Shown: positions 10,414-20,391 of the stretch, piece by piece | Layout of the letters: each line of letters begins with the position of its first letter | Position numbering within the stretch: the first letter of the stretch is position 1 | NCBI GenBank assembly: GCA_002718715.1 | Contig: PBFJ01000041.1 | Span: 28-64,027, forward strand | DNA length: 64,000 bases | Direction of reading: 5' to 3' | DNA from: a bacterium | Lineage (GTDB): Bacteria > Patescibacteriota > Gracilibacteria > UBA1369 > GCA-2718715 | Made by a program: the position numbers and the translations under genes | The notes under the pieces: model-generated | Told to the model about the DNA's origin: nothing | Databases searched by the model: none | What the model saw: the letters and a program-made list of their open reading frames with translations, nothing else

Positions 10414-11220
10414 TCACCAAACCCCCCATCCACCATCAACAATTATATTCTGCCCAGTAACCCAGGAGGATAAATTTGTTGAAAGATAAATAGCTGCACC
10501 TACAATATCACTCTCTGATCCCATTCTTTTTAAGGGTGTTTTTTCAATATAACGTTTTACAAATTCTTCAGGTTGGTCTCTGAAAATACCACCTGGAGAA
10601 ATTGAATTTACTCTTATTTTTGGAGCTAAAACTGTTGACATCCATCTTGTTAGTTGCAAAAGACCCGCTTTGCTTACTGAGTAAGCAGCTGGATTATTCA
10701 ATTTAGTATTTTCATATATAGATAAATCTGGCCCATATATTCCATAAATTGACCCCACATTAATAATTGATGCGTTAGATGATTTCTCTAATAATTTTTT
10801 ATTCTTTTGTATTATCTGAAAAGAAGCTGAAAGGTTAACTTCAATTGCTCTCCTCCAAGTATCTAAAGATTGATTTTCTAGAGAAGTTGCCCATCCATCT
10901 AAATTTGATGATCCTACAAAAGCAGCATTGTTAATTAATATATCTAGACAATTAAAACGGTCCTCAATAAAAGGTCCTATTTTTGCAATATCCTCTGGAG
11001 ATTCTAAATCACAAAAAATTGAAGATACTTTATTTTTAAATTTTTCGTTTAATTTATTTTTAAATTTAATTAGATCTGAATTTGGATGGTCAAGAAGTAT
11101 TAGATTGCAATCCATTTCTGCAAAAGCAAAAGTTAATGCTTGTCCTACATGCCCAGAAGCGCCTGTAATTAGACAAGTTTTTCCCTTTATATCTAACATT
11201 TCTTCTACTTTTAATGTCAT
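10414..11220 (-). CDS. SDR oxidoreductase (PtmA/ElaC-like)
   Basis: ITGASGHVG, NNAA, SIYG, YSVSKAGL, ISPGGI..QPEEF. Confidence 0.85.
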   Translation of the reverse strand: MTLKVEEMLDIKGKTCLITGASGHVGQALTFAFAEMDCNLILLDHPNSDLIKFKNKLNEKFKNKVSSIFCDLESPEDIAKIGPFIEDRFNCLDILINNAAFVGSSNLDGWATSLENQSLDTWRRAIEVNLSASFQIIQKNKKLLEKSSNASIINVGSIYGIYGPDLSIYENTKLNNPAAYSVSKAGLLQLTRWMSTVLAPKIRVNSISPGGIFRDQPEEFVKRYIEKTPLKRMGSESDIVGAAIYLSTNLSSWVTGQNIIVDGGWGVW

Positions 11221-11248
11221 TAATTTACTTTAAAAGTCACATAATAAA

Positions 11249-11965
11249 CTATCTTAAAGAATTTTTATCAAAAATCAAATCTTTTCTTTTTTTTATTAAA
11301 TGTTCAGCAACTGTAAAATCATATTTATCATCGATATCTAAAGCTCTTTCTTTGGGAATGATTACCCCTTTAACATTACCTTCCCAAATTGATGAAGAAT
11401 TTAAAATGAAATCTGTGCTAGTTGTGTAAGCAATGGTAGTTATATCAAAGCTTTTTGGAGCATCTTGTCTTCTATTTATTGTTTTCCCAGTTATTAATCT
11501 TGAAGCAAAACCCTCATTATCTAACTTAACCATATTAAACCAAGGATTTCTTTGTGAAGGAGTAACAGTAATAACTATCTCATTTTTGGAATTTAATTTA
11601 TCTAGACAAATTTCTGTATCCTTTAAGGATCTAAGAGGAGAAGTTGGAGGTAAACTTATAAACTTATCAAAATATAATCCTTTATTAAATAAAGTATTTA
11701 CAGCATGTTTCCAAGATAAAAACTCTGGCGCGTTATCTCGAGCAAGTTCTAAAGGCCTTATTATAACTTTTGAACCATAATCAATTGCTATTTTTTCAAT
11801 TTCCTTGGAATCTGTTGAAACATAAACCTCATCAATGAATTTATTTATTTTTGCAATGTAAATTGAATAAGCTATCAAAGGATGATCTGATAATAATAAT
11901 TGATTTTTTTGAGGTAATCCCTTAGAACCTCCTCTGGCAAATATAAATGCAATTGTTTTTTTCAT
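11249..11965 (-). CDS. neuA: CMP-nonulosonic acid synthetase (LegF/PtmB/ElaB/NeuA type)
   Basis: FARGGSKGLPQKN, VSTDS, PTSPLRS, RRQDAP, DIDDKYDF. Confidence 0.9.
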   Translation of the reverse strand: MKKTIAFIFARGGSKGLPQKNQLLLSDHPLIAYSIYIAKINKFIDEVYVSTDSKEIEKIAIDYGSKVIIRPLELARDNAPEFLSWKHAVNTLFNKGLYFDKFISLPPTSPLRSLKDTEICLDKLNSKNEIVITVTPSQRNPWFNMVKLDNEGFASRLITGKTINRRQDAPKSFDITTIAYTTSTDFILNSSSIWEGNVKGVIIPKERALDIDDKYDFTVAEHLIKKRKDLIFDKNSLR

Positions 11966-12948
11966 TAATTTTTAGATGACATTTTTTTTGCGCAACAAAT
12001 TAAATTAAGTGATTCAAATGCATCATATACACTGCATCGAGAAGATTCTATATTTTCTGCAAACTTGAAGAAATTTTCAAATTGTTTTACATATTTGTAA
12101 TCTAAATCATTTTCTGATTTATATAAAATCGATTCTTTACATTCTGGTTCTTTAATTCTGATGATTTGATTATTTAAATCCCAGGTAATATTGGCATTGG
12201 AAAATCTTATTTTAATATATCTTTCTTGCGGCTTAGTACAGAAGTTAAGTTTCATAGTGAGAAATTTGCATGATAAACATTCTGCCTGAATCAAAGCTAT
12301 ATCCTCTACATCTATTTCTAGTGAATTAGTATTCATTGATGAGGCGTATTTGATTTCAATTGGACCAAAAAGATAGTTTATCAAGTCAATTTCATGGCTA
12401 AGTTCTAAAAGTACTCCTCCACCGAATTTATTTTGAGCAGAAACTGTTTTTTTATAGTCTGAATTTGGTCTCCAATCTGGCAACCATGAACCGCAATAAC
12501 TCTCTATATCAATTATTTCCCCATAACTATTTAAACTTAAAATGTTCTCTAACTCTTTAAGACATTCATCATGTCTAAATACATAACCGACCATAATAGG
12601 TACAGTTTTGGAATATGCGAAAAGTTCATCCCAAGAGCTTTTTGACTCATTTCCTTTTCCTATAGGCTTCTCTATAAAAGTGGGAATGCCCTGCTTGGCA
12701 AAAAATAATGCTTGGTTAAGATGAAAAGAGCATGGACTTGCAATTATCACGTAATTTGGTCGCCACTCTATACATTCTTGATAAGTAGTAAATTTCCTCT
12801 TACATAAATTTAATTCATCGGATTTAAAAAAAATTCCTTTTTTATATATTCCAATTTCAAAACCTGGCCAATTTTGATTTAAAATTCTTGCGTGTTTTCT
12901 AGCGATACTACCAAATCCAATTATTAGTATTCTCTTGGAATCTTTCAT
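11965..12948 (-). CDS. Gfo/Idh/MocA oxidoreductase (PtmF/ElaA-like)
   Basis: IGFGSIARKH, EKP, WLPDWRP..DY, GGGVLLELSHEID. Confidence 0.85.
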   Translation of the reverse strand: MKDSKRILIIGFGSIARKHARILNQNWPGFEIGIYKKGIFFKSDELNLCKRKFTTYQECIEWRPNYVIIASPCSFHLNQALFFAKQGIPTFIEKPIGKGNESKSSWDELFAYSKTVPIMVGYVFRHDECLKELENILSLNSYGEIIDIESYCGSWLPDWRPNSDYKKTVSAQNKFGGGVLLELSHEIDLINYLFGPIEIKYASSMNTNSLEIDVEDIALIQAECLSCKFLTMKLNFCTKPQERYIKIRFSNANITWDLNNQIIRIKEPECKESILYKSENDLDYKYVKQFENFFKFAENIESSRCSVYDAFESLNLICCAKKMSSKN

Positions 12949-13205
12949 ATAACTAATAATGAATTTTAAAATTATTTGATTTTATTATCTCATGAAGTAT
13001 GTTTTATATTTAAAAATTTTTTAATTTAAAAACTAAAGAAAACGCATTATATAGGTTGGAAAATAGATTATCCAATTTTTTTTTCATGCATATTAATCTT
13101 CTAAGATTTAAAGAAAAATTTAAATTATTATGTATTGTAGGATTGGTTCAACTTTATAATTTTACTAATCTGATCTTGATTAAGTAACTCTGTTTTTCAT
13201 GATTT

Positions 13206-14363
13206 ATGAATAATCTAAGCAATAAGATAATCAATGGTATAAGGACAGTAGCAGGAAAAAATAACTTGCCCTTGCATGAACCAAGGTTTGATGAAGTTGA
13301 AATCAAAAATTTGCAGAAATGTATAGATTCTTCCTATGTCTCAACTGTTGGCAAGTATGTAAATATCTTTGAAAAAAATATTTCTGATTTTACAGGAGCA
13401 AAATACGCTATAGCAGTTGTAAATGGTACCTCAGCCTTACATCTTGCTCTTAAATTAGTTGGTGTTGATAGAAATCATGAAGTTATTTGTCCATCTCTTA
13501 CTTTCATTGGAACTGTTAACGCAATTAGTTATCTCGGCGCTAAGCCTCATTTCGTTGATTGTGAAGAGAAAACTCTTGGGATTGATCCTTTAGCATTATC
13601 TAATTGGTTAGATGAAATATCAATTAAAAAGGGTAATAAAACCATTAATAAAAAAACAGGAAGACTAATTTCTGCAATCATTCCAATGCATACTTATGGT
13701 CATCCAGCTAAAATAGACCAATTACTAAAAATATCAAAAGAATACAATTTAAATCTTGTAGAGGATGCAGCTGAATCTCTAGGGAGTTTTTACAACAAAA
13801 AACATACTGGAACATTTGGTAAGATAGGCATATTAAGTTTTAACGGAAATAAAATTATTACTACTGGAGGTGGAGGTGCATTAATAACTAATGATAGTTC
13901 ATTAGCTAAAAAAGCAAAACATATTTCTACTACAGCTAAGGTGCCTCATAAATGGCGTTATATTCATAATGAAATAGGTTTCAACTATCGATTGCCCAAT
14001 ATAAATGCTGCTTTAGGATGTGCTCAATTTGAAAAAATAGAAAAATTCTTAAAGTCAAAAAGAGATCTTTTTAACAAATATAGGGAAGTTTTAGATTCCA
14101 TAGAGGGAATAAAGTTATTTAAAGAACCTAAAAACTCAAAAAGTAATTATTGGCTTCAAACAATTATTCTTGAAAATGGTTATGAGAATGAGTTTGAAAT
14201 GATTTTAGAAAATACAAATAGAAATAACATTATGACAAGACCTGCTTGGGATCTAATACATGAATTGGAAATGTATATTGACTGTCCAAGATCACCTTTA
14301 CCAGTATCAAAGTCATTATCAAAAAGAATAATTAATATACCTAGTAGCGCCTTTTTACTATGA
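13206..14363 (+). CDS. legC: LegC PLP-dependent aminotransferase
   Basis: LHEP, NGTSALH, EDAAESLGS, SFNGNKIITTGGGG, GFNYRLPNINAALG. Confidence 0.9.
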   Translation: MNNLSNKIINGIRTVAGKNNLPLHEPRFDEVEIKNLQKCIDSSYVSTVGKYVNIFEKNISDFTGAKYAIAVVNGTSALHLALKLVGVDRNHEVICPSLTFIGTVNAISYLGAKPHFVDCEEKTLGIDPLALSNWLDEISIKKGNKTINKKTGRLISAIIPMHTYGHPAKIDQLLKISKEYNLNLVEDAAESLGSFYNKKHTGTFGKIGILSFNGNKIITTGGGGALITNDSSLAKKAKHISTTAKVPHKWRYIHNEIGFNYRLPNINAALGCAQFEKIEKFLKSKRDLFNKYREVLDSIEGIKLFKEPKNSKSNYWLQTIILENGYENEFEMILENTNRNNIMTRPAWDLIHELEMYIDCPRSPLPVSKSLSKRIINIPSSAFLL

Positions 14364-14980
14364 AATCAATTATTTTGTTAGGCAATGGCGGCCACTGTAA
14401 ATCTTGTATAGATGTTATTGAAAATTCAGATGAATTTCAGATTAAAGGCATTATTACCAAAGACAAAAATTTTTCAGAGAGATTTATGAATTACAAGATT
14501 CTTGGAAATGATGCAGCCATATCAAGTTCTTTTGATAAAGATGATTTTGGATTAATTGCGGTTGGTCAAATTAAGAGTGCAATTAAAAGAGTTTTATTAT
14601 TTGATTTACTTAGAAAGAATAAAATTAAGTTAGCAACAGTTAGATCAAAAAATTCTTTAGTCTCAAGAACAGCCTTATTAGGGGAAGGGACAATAACTAT
14701 GCATAATGCAATTATTAATAGTGATGCAAAGATTGGAATGAATTGCATTTTAAATACTAATTGTTTAGTTGAACATGATGTGACAATTGGCAATCACTGC
14801 CATATTTCAACTGGTGTAATACTTAATGGAGGAGTCTCTATAGGAAATCAATCTTTTATTGGTAGCGGTTGTGTTGTCAAAGAGGGAATTACCATAGGAG
14901 ATAATGTTTTAGTATCTGCAGGTCAAATAGTAATGAAAGATCTGGCATCTAATACTTTACATAAGAAGATTCTCGATTGA
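14360..14980 (+). CDS. NeuD/PglD-type hexapeptide-repeat acetyltransferase (LegH role)
   Basis: GNGGHCKSCIDVI, VEHD, left-handed beta-helix repeats; ATGA overlap with legC. Confidence 0.88.
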   Translation: MKSIILLGNGGHCKSCIDVIENSDEFQIKGIITKDKNFSERFMNYKILGNDAAISSSFDKDDFGLIAVGQIKSAIKRVLLFDLLRKNKIKLATVRSKNSLVSRTALLGEGTITMHNAIINSDAKIGMNCILNTNCLVEHDVTIGNHCHISTGVILNGGVSIGNQSFIGSGCVVKEGITIGDNVLVSAGQIVMKDLASNTLHKKILD

Positions 14981-15056
14981 AGATTTATGAGTAATAAAAA
15001 AAAGATGATTAAATAAAGGTAAATAGGTTTAAGATTAAGTAAATATCTTTTTTATA

Positions 15057-16055
15057 TTGGTTTTAATTATTGCTGAAGCTGGTGTTAATCATAATGGGAG
15101 TCTAATTCGGGCTAAAGAATTAGTAGATGTTGCTAAAAACTGTGGAGCAGATATTGTAAAATTTCAGTCATTCAAGTCAAATAATCTAGTAATAAAAGAT
15201 ACAAAAAAAGCAGAATATCAAAGTATAAATACCAATAATGAAGATTCTCAGCTTGAAATGTTGAGCAAACTTGAACTTACATCTGAAGAACTATTAGATT
15301 TAAAAAATTACTGCACCAGCAAAAATATTGAATTTCTTTCTACAGCGTTTGATCTGGAAAGTTTAGATTTAATAAATAAAATGAATTTGAAAAGATTTAA
15401 AATACCTTCTGGAGAAATAACAAATTTACCTTATTTGAGAAAAATTGGATCTTTTGGTAAGTCGATTATATTATCAACTGGTATGGCAAATATAACTGAG
15501 ATAGGCAATGCTTTAAATGAATTATATTTAGCTGGTACCTTAAGAAAAGATGTATCAATTTTGCATTGTACTTCAGAATATCCTGCTCCTTTTAAAGATG
15601 TTAATTTAAGAGCAATGTCTACAATAAAGAAAGAATTTAATGTAAAAGTTGGTTACTCGGATCATACTTTAGGAGTTGAAGTCGCTCTCGCAGCAGTTTC
15701 GTTAGGCGCACATATAATCGAAAAACATTTAACTTTAGATAAGAATTTAAGTGGTCCTGACCATAAAGCAAGTTTAGAACCTCAAGAATTTAACAACCTA
15801 GTAAAGGGAATTAGAAATATAACTGTGGCATTAGGCAAAAATGAAAAAAAAATTGCCAATTCAGAAATAAAAAATTTACAAATAGTTAGAAAATCTATAG
15901 TTGCAAAAAAGGATATAAAAAAGGGTGAATTTTATACTGAAGAAAATTTAACAACAAAAAGACCTGCTATTGGAATATGCCCTATGAGATGGGATGAAAT
16001 TATAGGGAAAAAATCTAATAAATACTACAAAATTGATGATTTAATTGAGTTTTGA
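15057..16055 (+). CDS. neuB: Nonulosonic (legionaminic) acid synthase NeuB/LegI
   Basis: IAEAGVNHNG, KIPSGEITNLP, LHCTSEYP, GYSDHT, IEKH, C-terminal SAF domain. Confidence 0.93.
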   Translation: MVLIIAEAGVNHNGSLIRAKELVDVAKNCGADIVKFQSFKSNNLVIKDTKKAEYQSINTNNEDSQLEMLSKLELTSEELLDLKNYCTSKNIEFLSTAFDLESLDLINKMNLKRFKIPSGEITNLPYLRKIGSFGKSIILSTGMANITEIGNALNELYLAGTLRKDVSILHCTSEYPAPFKDVNLRAMSTIKKEFNVKVGYSDHTLGVEVALAAVSLGAHIIEKHLTLDKNLSGPDHKASLEPQEFNNLVKGIRNITVALGKNEKKIANSEIKNLQIVRKSIVAKKDIKKGEFYTEENLTTKRPAIGICPMRWDEIIGKKSNKYYKIDDLIEF

Positions 16056-17187
16056 TATTAAAAATATGAAAAGAATTGCTTTATTTACTGGAACTAGAGC
16101 AGAATATGGATTAATGAGGACTTTAATTCTCAAATTAATTGATAATAATAAATTTGATTTTAATTTATTAGTATCATCAACTCATTTAAATGATAGATAT
16201 GGAAAGACAATCAAAGAAATAGAAAATGATGGAGTAACTTTTTTACATCAATTGCCAATTAAATTTAATAATCCACGAGAATTAGATATGCCATATCAGA
16301 CCGCTGATACCATAAAAGTAATTTCAAAAGCATTAAATAATATTAAACCAGACTATTTAATTCTCTTGGGTGATAGATATGAAACTTTTGCTGCGGCTTC
16401 AGCTGCCCATTTATTGGGAATAAAAATAGTACACCTACATGGAGGAGAAACTACATTAGGAGCTATTGATGATAAATTAAGAAATGCGATTTCACAGTTA
16501 AGTTCAATACATTTTACTTCAGCGGATATTCATAAACAAAAAGTCCAAAATATGATTTTAAGCGAAAAGAATATTTTTGATATTGGCCCATTAATAATTG
16601 ATGGCTTATTAAATTTTGAAAAAATCTCAAAAGAACAATTTGAAGATAAAACTGGATTTAATTTTCAAGAAAAAAACTTTTTAATTACATATCATCCTGA
16701 AACTATGTCTAATGATTTGGGGATTTCTGGTTTGGATAATTTATTGAAGGCTCTTTTAAATTTTAAGTGTAATATACTTTTTACCTCTCCAAATGCGGAT
16801 AAAGGTTCAGATATAATTTTGGATAAAATTCAAAATTTCGTTGAGAGAAATAAGAATAATTACTTTTTTGTTCCCTCTTTAGGTCAAATATTATATTTAA
16901 ACGCATTATTGCTTTTTGATTGTATTATTGGAAATTCTTCAAGTGGTATAAATGAAGCCTCTATGTTAAAAAAAAGCGTTATTAATATCGGAAATCGTCA
17001 AAAAGGAAGATATAAATTTGGAAAAGTTATTGATGTTAAAAGTGATTATAAATCTATTTCAAATGCCATCGATCAAATATTTAAATTCCCAAAGGGAAAT
17101 TTGTTTAACTTAGAAGAATTTAAGAAATCCTACATATCAAAATCACCTTCTGATCAAATTATTCAGTTCTTAGAGGATGATATTTAA
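16045..17187 (+). CDS. neuC: Hydrolysing NDP-sugar 2-epimerase NeuC/LegG (ATG at 16066 is an alternative start)
   Basis: TGTRAEYG, LGDRYE, HLHGGE, TYHPET, GNSSSG, NIGNRQ. Confidence 0.92.
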   Translation: MSFDIKNMKRIALFTGTRAEYGLMRTLILKLIDNNKFDFNLLVSSTHLNDRYGKTIKEIENDGVTFLHQLPIKFNNPRELDMPYQTADTIKVISKALNNIKPDYLILLGDRYETFAAASAAHLLGIKIVHLHGGETTLGAIDDKLRNAISQLSSIHFTSADIHKQKVQNMILSEKNIFDIGPLIIDGLLNFEKISKEQFEDKTGFNFQEKNFLITYHPETMSNDLGISGLDNLLKALLNFKCNILFTSPNADKGSDIILDKIQNFVERNKNNYFFVPSLGQILYLNALLLFDCIIGNSSSGINEASMLKKSVINIGNRQKGRYKFGKVIDVKSDYKSISNAIDQIFKFPKGNLFNLEEFKKSYISKSPSDQIIQFLEDDI

Positions 17188-17436
17188 TAAAATAAGAAAA
17201 TTATATTCTTGGAAAAAGATAAAATATTCTAATTTACTAGTTATTTTATACGTTTGTTTTAATCCCTTTATTTCTAATAGGACAACATCATATTAAATCC
17301 TAAAAAGATATAAATACAAATATCCTAAACCAAAGCACAGCATTAAGACGTTTACAAATTGGAATAAAATTACCAACATGTGAAATAATTAATAGACTAA
17401 ATCACTATTAAATAATTTTTTATTTAGTTATCAAAA

Positions 17437-18789
17437 ATGCTTATCAAATTCCCAAAAAAGATAGATAAAGAAATTTTTAAATATAATAATGAAGGCCAAA
17501 CGAAGTATGGTTTACCAAAGGAAGTTCTGTTCTGTAAATCTTGTGTAATAAGTAATCAGAGGCCTAATAGCAGTATTGAATTTAAAAACAAAAAAGATTC
17601 AAAAAAAAATACTATTAATTTTGATGAGAATTTAATTTGTGATGCCTGCAAGGTAAAAGATAAGAAAGCAAAAATAAATTGGGAACTGAGAGAACAAGAA
17701 TTAAAAGAACTTTGTGAAAAATTTAGAAAGAATGATGGAACTTATGATTGTCTTGTTCCTGGGAGTGGCGGAAAAGATAGTTTTATGCAGGCTCATTTAT
17801 TAAAATATAAATATGGAATGAACCCTCTTACATGTACTTGGGCACCTCATATCTATACAGATTGGGGATGGCGTAATCATCAAGCATGGATTCATGCTGG
17901 GTTTGATAATATTCTTTTTACTCCTAATGGTAGGGTTCATAGACTTTTAACAAGATTAGCTGTTGATAACTTATTACACCCCTTTCAGCCATTTATACTA
18001 GGACAAAAGAATTTAGCACCTAAAATAGCAAAAAACTATGGGATTTCTCTAATTTTTTATGGAGAAAATGAGGCGGAATATGGCAATCCTCTTAGTGATA
18101 TGTCCCAGGCAATTAGAGATAAAAAATATTTAACAATTGATAATCAAGATGAAATAGTTCTTGGAGGTTCAAGTCTACATGAGCTTTATGAGATGGGTTT
18201 AAAAAAAGGGGATTTGGATCCTTATTTCCCTGTTAGTTCAGATTTAATCTTAGATAATAATATTCAGGTACATTATTTGGGATATTATATAAAATGGCAT
18301 CCACAGAATGCTTATTACTACAGCGTTGAAAATGGAGGCTTTGAAAGCTCTCCTGAGAGAACTGCTGGAACTTATAGTACTTACAACTCAATAGATGACC
18401 GAATTGATGATTTTCATTATCATACAACTTGGATAAAATTTGGTATTGGGAGGGCGACATATGATGCTGCACAAGAGATAAGATCTGGAGAATTGACAAG
18501 GGAGGAAGGTGTTGCATTAGTTAATAAGTATGATGGGGAATTCCCTTTAAGGTGGAGTGATCAAATTTTCGATTACTTAACTGTAGATAAAGAAAATTTT
18601 CCAAAAGCAAGTCAATTTTTTGAGAAACCTATTTTTGATAGAAATTACTATGATTTATTGTGCGATCAGTTTAGATCTCCACACCTTTGGAAATGGGATG
18701 AAGAAGAAGGTTGGCAGTTAAGACATATAATATCAAATATTAAAGGAGATCAATCAGATACAGCTAAGTATTGGGTTGGTAATAATTAA
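17437..18789 (+). CDS. N-acetyl sugar amidotransferase (WbuX/PseA/PtmG family)
   Basis: CKSC...CDAC zinc site, PP-loop SGGKDS, YGENEAEYG, KFGIGRAT. Confidence 0.9.
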   Translation: MLIKFPKKIDKEIFKYNNEGQTKYGLPKEVLFCKSCVISNQRPNSSIEFKNKKDSKKNTINFDENLICDACKVKDKKAKINWELREQELKELCEKFRKNDGTYDCLVPGSGGKDSFMQAHLLKYKYGMNPLTCTWAPHIYTDWGWRNHQAWIHAGFDNILFTPNGRVHRLLTRLAVDNLLHPFQPFILGQKNLAPKIAKNYGISLIFYGENEAEYGNPLSDMSQAIRDKKYLTIDNQDEIVLGGSSLHELYEMGLKKGDLDPYFPVSSDLILDNNIQVHYLGYYIKWHPQNAYYYSVENGGFESSPERTAGTYSTYNSIDDRIDDFHYHTTWIKFGIGRATYDAAQEIRSGELTREEGVALVNKYDGEFPLRWSDQIFDYLTVDKENFPKASQFFEKPIFDRNYYDLLCDQFRSPHLWKWDEEEGWQLRHIISNIKGDQSDTAKYWVGNN

Positions 18790-18793
18790 TCAA

Positions 18794-20251
18794 ATGGGAT
18801 TAGCAAAAAGGATTATTGCCAGATTAGATATAAAAGGAAAGAAATTAATTAAGGGTATAAGGTTCGAGGGATTAAGAGTAATAGGTGACGCTATAGATTT
18901 TGCAGAAAAATATTACTTAAATGGCGTAGATGAGATTTTATATATAGATGCAGTAGCAAGCTTATATGGAAGAAATAGCCTCTATGAAATTCTATCAGAG
19001 ACCTCTAAAAGGATATTTGTCCCTATTACTGCGGGAGGTGGAATTAGATCAATCGAGGATGCAAAAGCATTAATTTCTAATGGAGCTGACAAAGTTGCTA
19101 TAAATACAGGATTAGTTGAAGATATAGGATTGGCTAATAGATTAGTTAAAGTATTTGGAAGTCAATGTATTGTCGCATCAATTCAGGCTAAAAAGAATCC
19201 TAATTTAGGATGGGAGGTAATGAAAGCTTCAGGTAGAGAAAGAACAGGTATAGCGGTAAATGATTGGATAAATGTAATTCAACAAGAAGGAGTTGGGGAA
19301 ATATTGATAACTTCAGTAGATAATGATGGTTTAAGTAAAGGTATTGATAAAGATTTAATAGAGATGAGTTCAAAAATTTGTAAAATTCCTCTTATTGTTG
19401 GAGGTGGTTTTGGGGATGAAAATGAAATATATAGTTCTATCAAAAAACCAAAAATTTCAGGCGTGTCTATTGGCGCTTCATTTCATAAAAATAAATTATT
19501 AATAAAAACCTTAAAAGATAAGATTAATTTAAATGACTCAAATTTAATAAGAGTTATTAATAGTGAAATTGATTTTGGAACAAAAAATATAAATAAAAAT
19601 ATTTATGATTTATTTAGAAAGAAGAATCTTTTGATAGTTGATTATGGTTTAGGCAATCATCACAGTTTATTTAATTCTCTAGAAAAACTTGATTATAAAG
19701 TGGAGATATCTTCTTCAATAAAAAAAATAAAAGAAGCAGATCTTATATTTCTTCCTGGAGTAGGTTCTTTCTCAGAAGGTATTAAAAATTTAAAGAATAA
19801 AGGTATTTATAATTTATTGATTGAAAGTGTTAATTTAGGCAAGCCAATAATTGGAATATGTTTAGGAATGCAAATGATGCTGGATAAAGGTTATGAAGAT
19901 GGGATTAATAAAGGGTTGGGTTTAATAAAGGGTGAAGTTCAATATATGGGAAAAATTCATTCAGAAAAAAAAATGTTAATTCCACATATTGGATGGAATT
20001 ATATAAAAAGTAATCAGGAAGATCTTAACTTTAAAGAATTAAATTCAATGCAATATTTTGTGCATAGTTTCAATGCAATATCAGTCCCAGCTGAAAATAA
20101 ATTATTTAGTTTTAATTATTATCAAAGAGACTGGATTGCTTCAATTATCCATGAAAATATAATTGGATTTCAGTTCCATCCTGAAAGAAGTGGAATTCAT
20201 GGCTTAAGATTATTAGATTATTTTGTAGAGTTTTTATTAAAACAAAAGTAA
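18794..20251 (+). CDS. HisF-like cyclase-fold domain fused to HisH-like glutaminase (WbuZ-WbuY-type ammonia donor)
   Basis: N-half RIIARLDIK, GGGIRS, GADKVAIN, GEILITSVDNDG; C-half VDYGLGN, PGVGSF, GICLGMQ, YFVHS, FQFHPE. Confidence 0.88.
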   Translation: MGLAKRIIARLDIKGKKLIKGIRFEGLRVIGDAIDFAEKYYLNGVDEILYIDAVASLYGRNSLYEILSETSKRIFVPITAGGGIRSIEDAKALISNGADKVAINTGLVEDIGLANRLVKVFGSQCIVASIQAKKNPNLGWEVMKASGRERTGIAVNDWINVIQQEGVGEILITSVDNDGLSKGIDKDLIEMSSKICKIPLIVGGGFGDENEIYSSIKKPKISGVSIGASFHKNKLLIKTLKDKINLNDSNLIRVINSEIDFGTKNINKNIYDLFRKKNLLIVDYGLGNHHSLFNSLEKLDYKVEISSSIKKIKEADLIFLPGVGSFSEGIKNLKNKGIYNLLIESVNLGKPIIGICLGMQMMLDKGYEDGINKGLGLIKGEVQYMGKIHSEKKMLIPHIGWNYIKSNQEDLNFKELNSMQYFVHSFNAISVPAENKLFSFNYYQRDWIASIIHENIIGFQFHPERSGIHGLRLLDYFVEFLLKQK

Positions 20252-20391
20252 ATAATTATCATTAAAACTCAAAAAAGGTATCTCATAAATAATAAAAATA
20301 GATTTAAAACATAAGTTTTCTTTAAAAAATTAAAAAAAATAAAAAATTTACGTTTTAAAATTGTAGCTTAAATCAATTTAAAATTTTAATA

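Noticed and set aside
18794-20251. Histidine biosynthesis hisF/hisH
   Set aside because: Adjacent to a sugar amidotransferase with no other his genes; better explained as the glycan-locus paralogue
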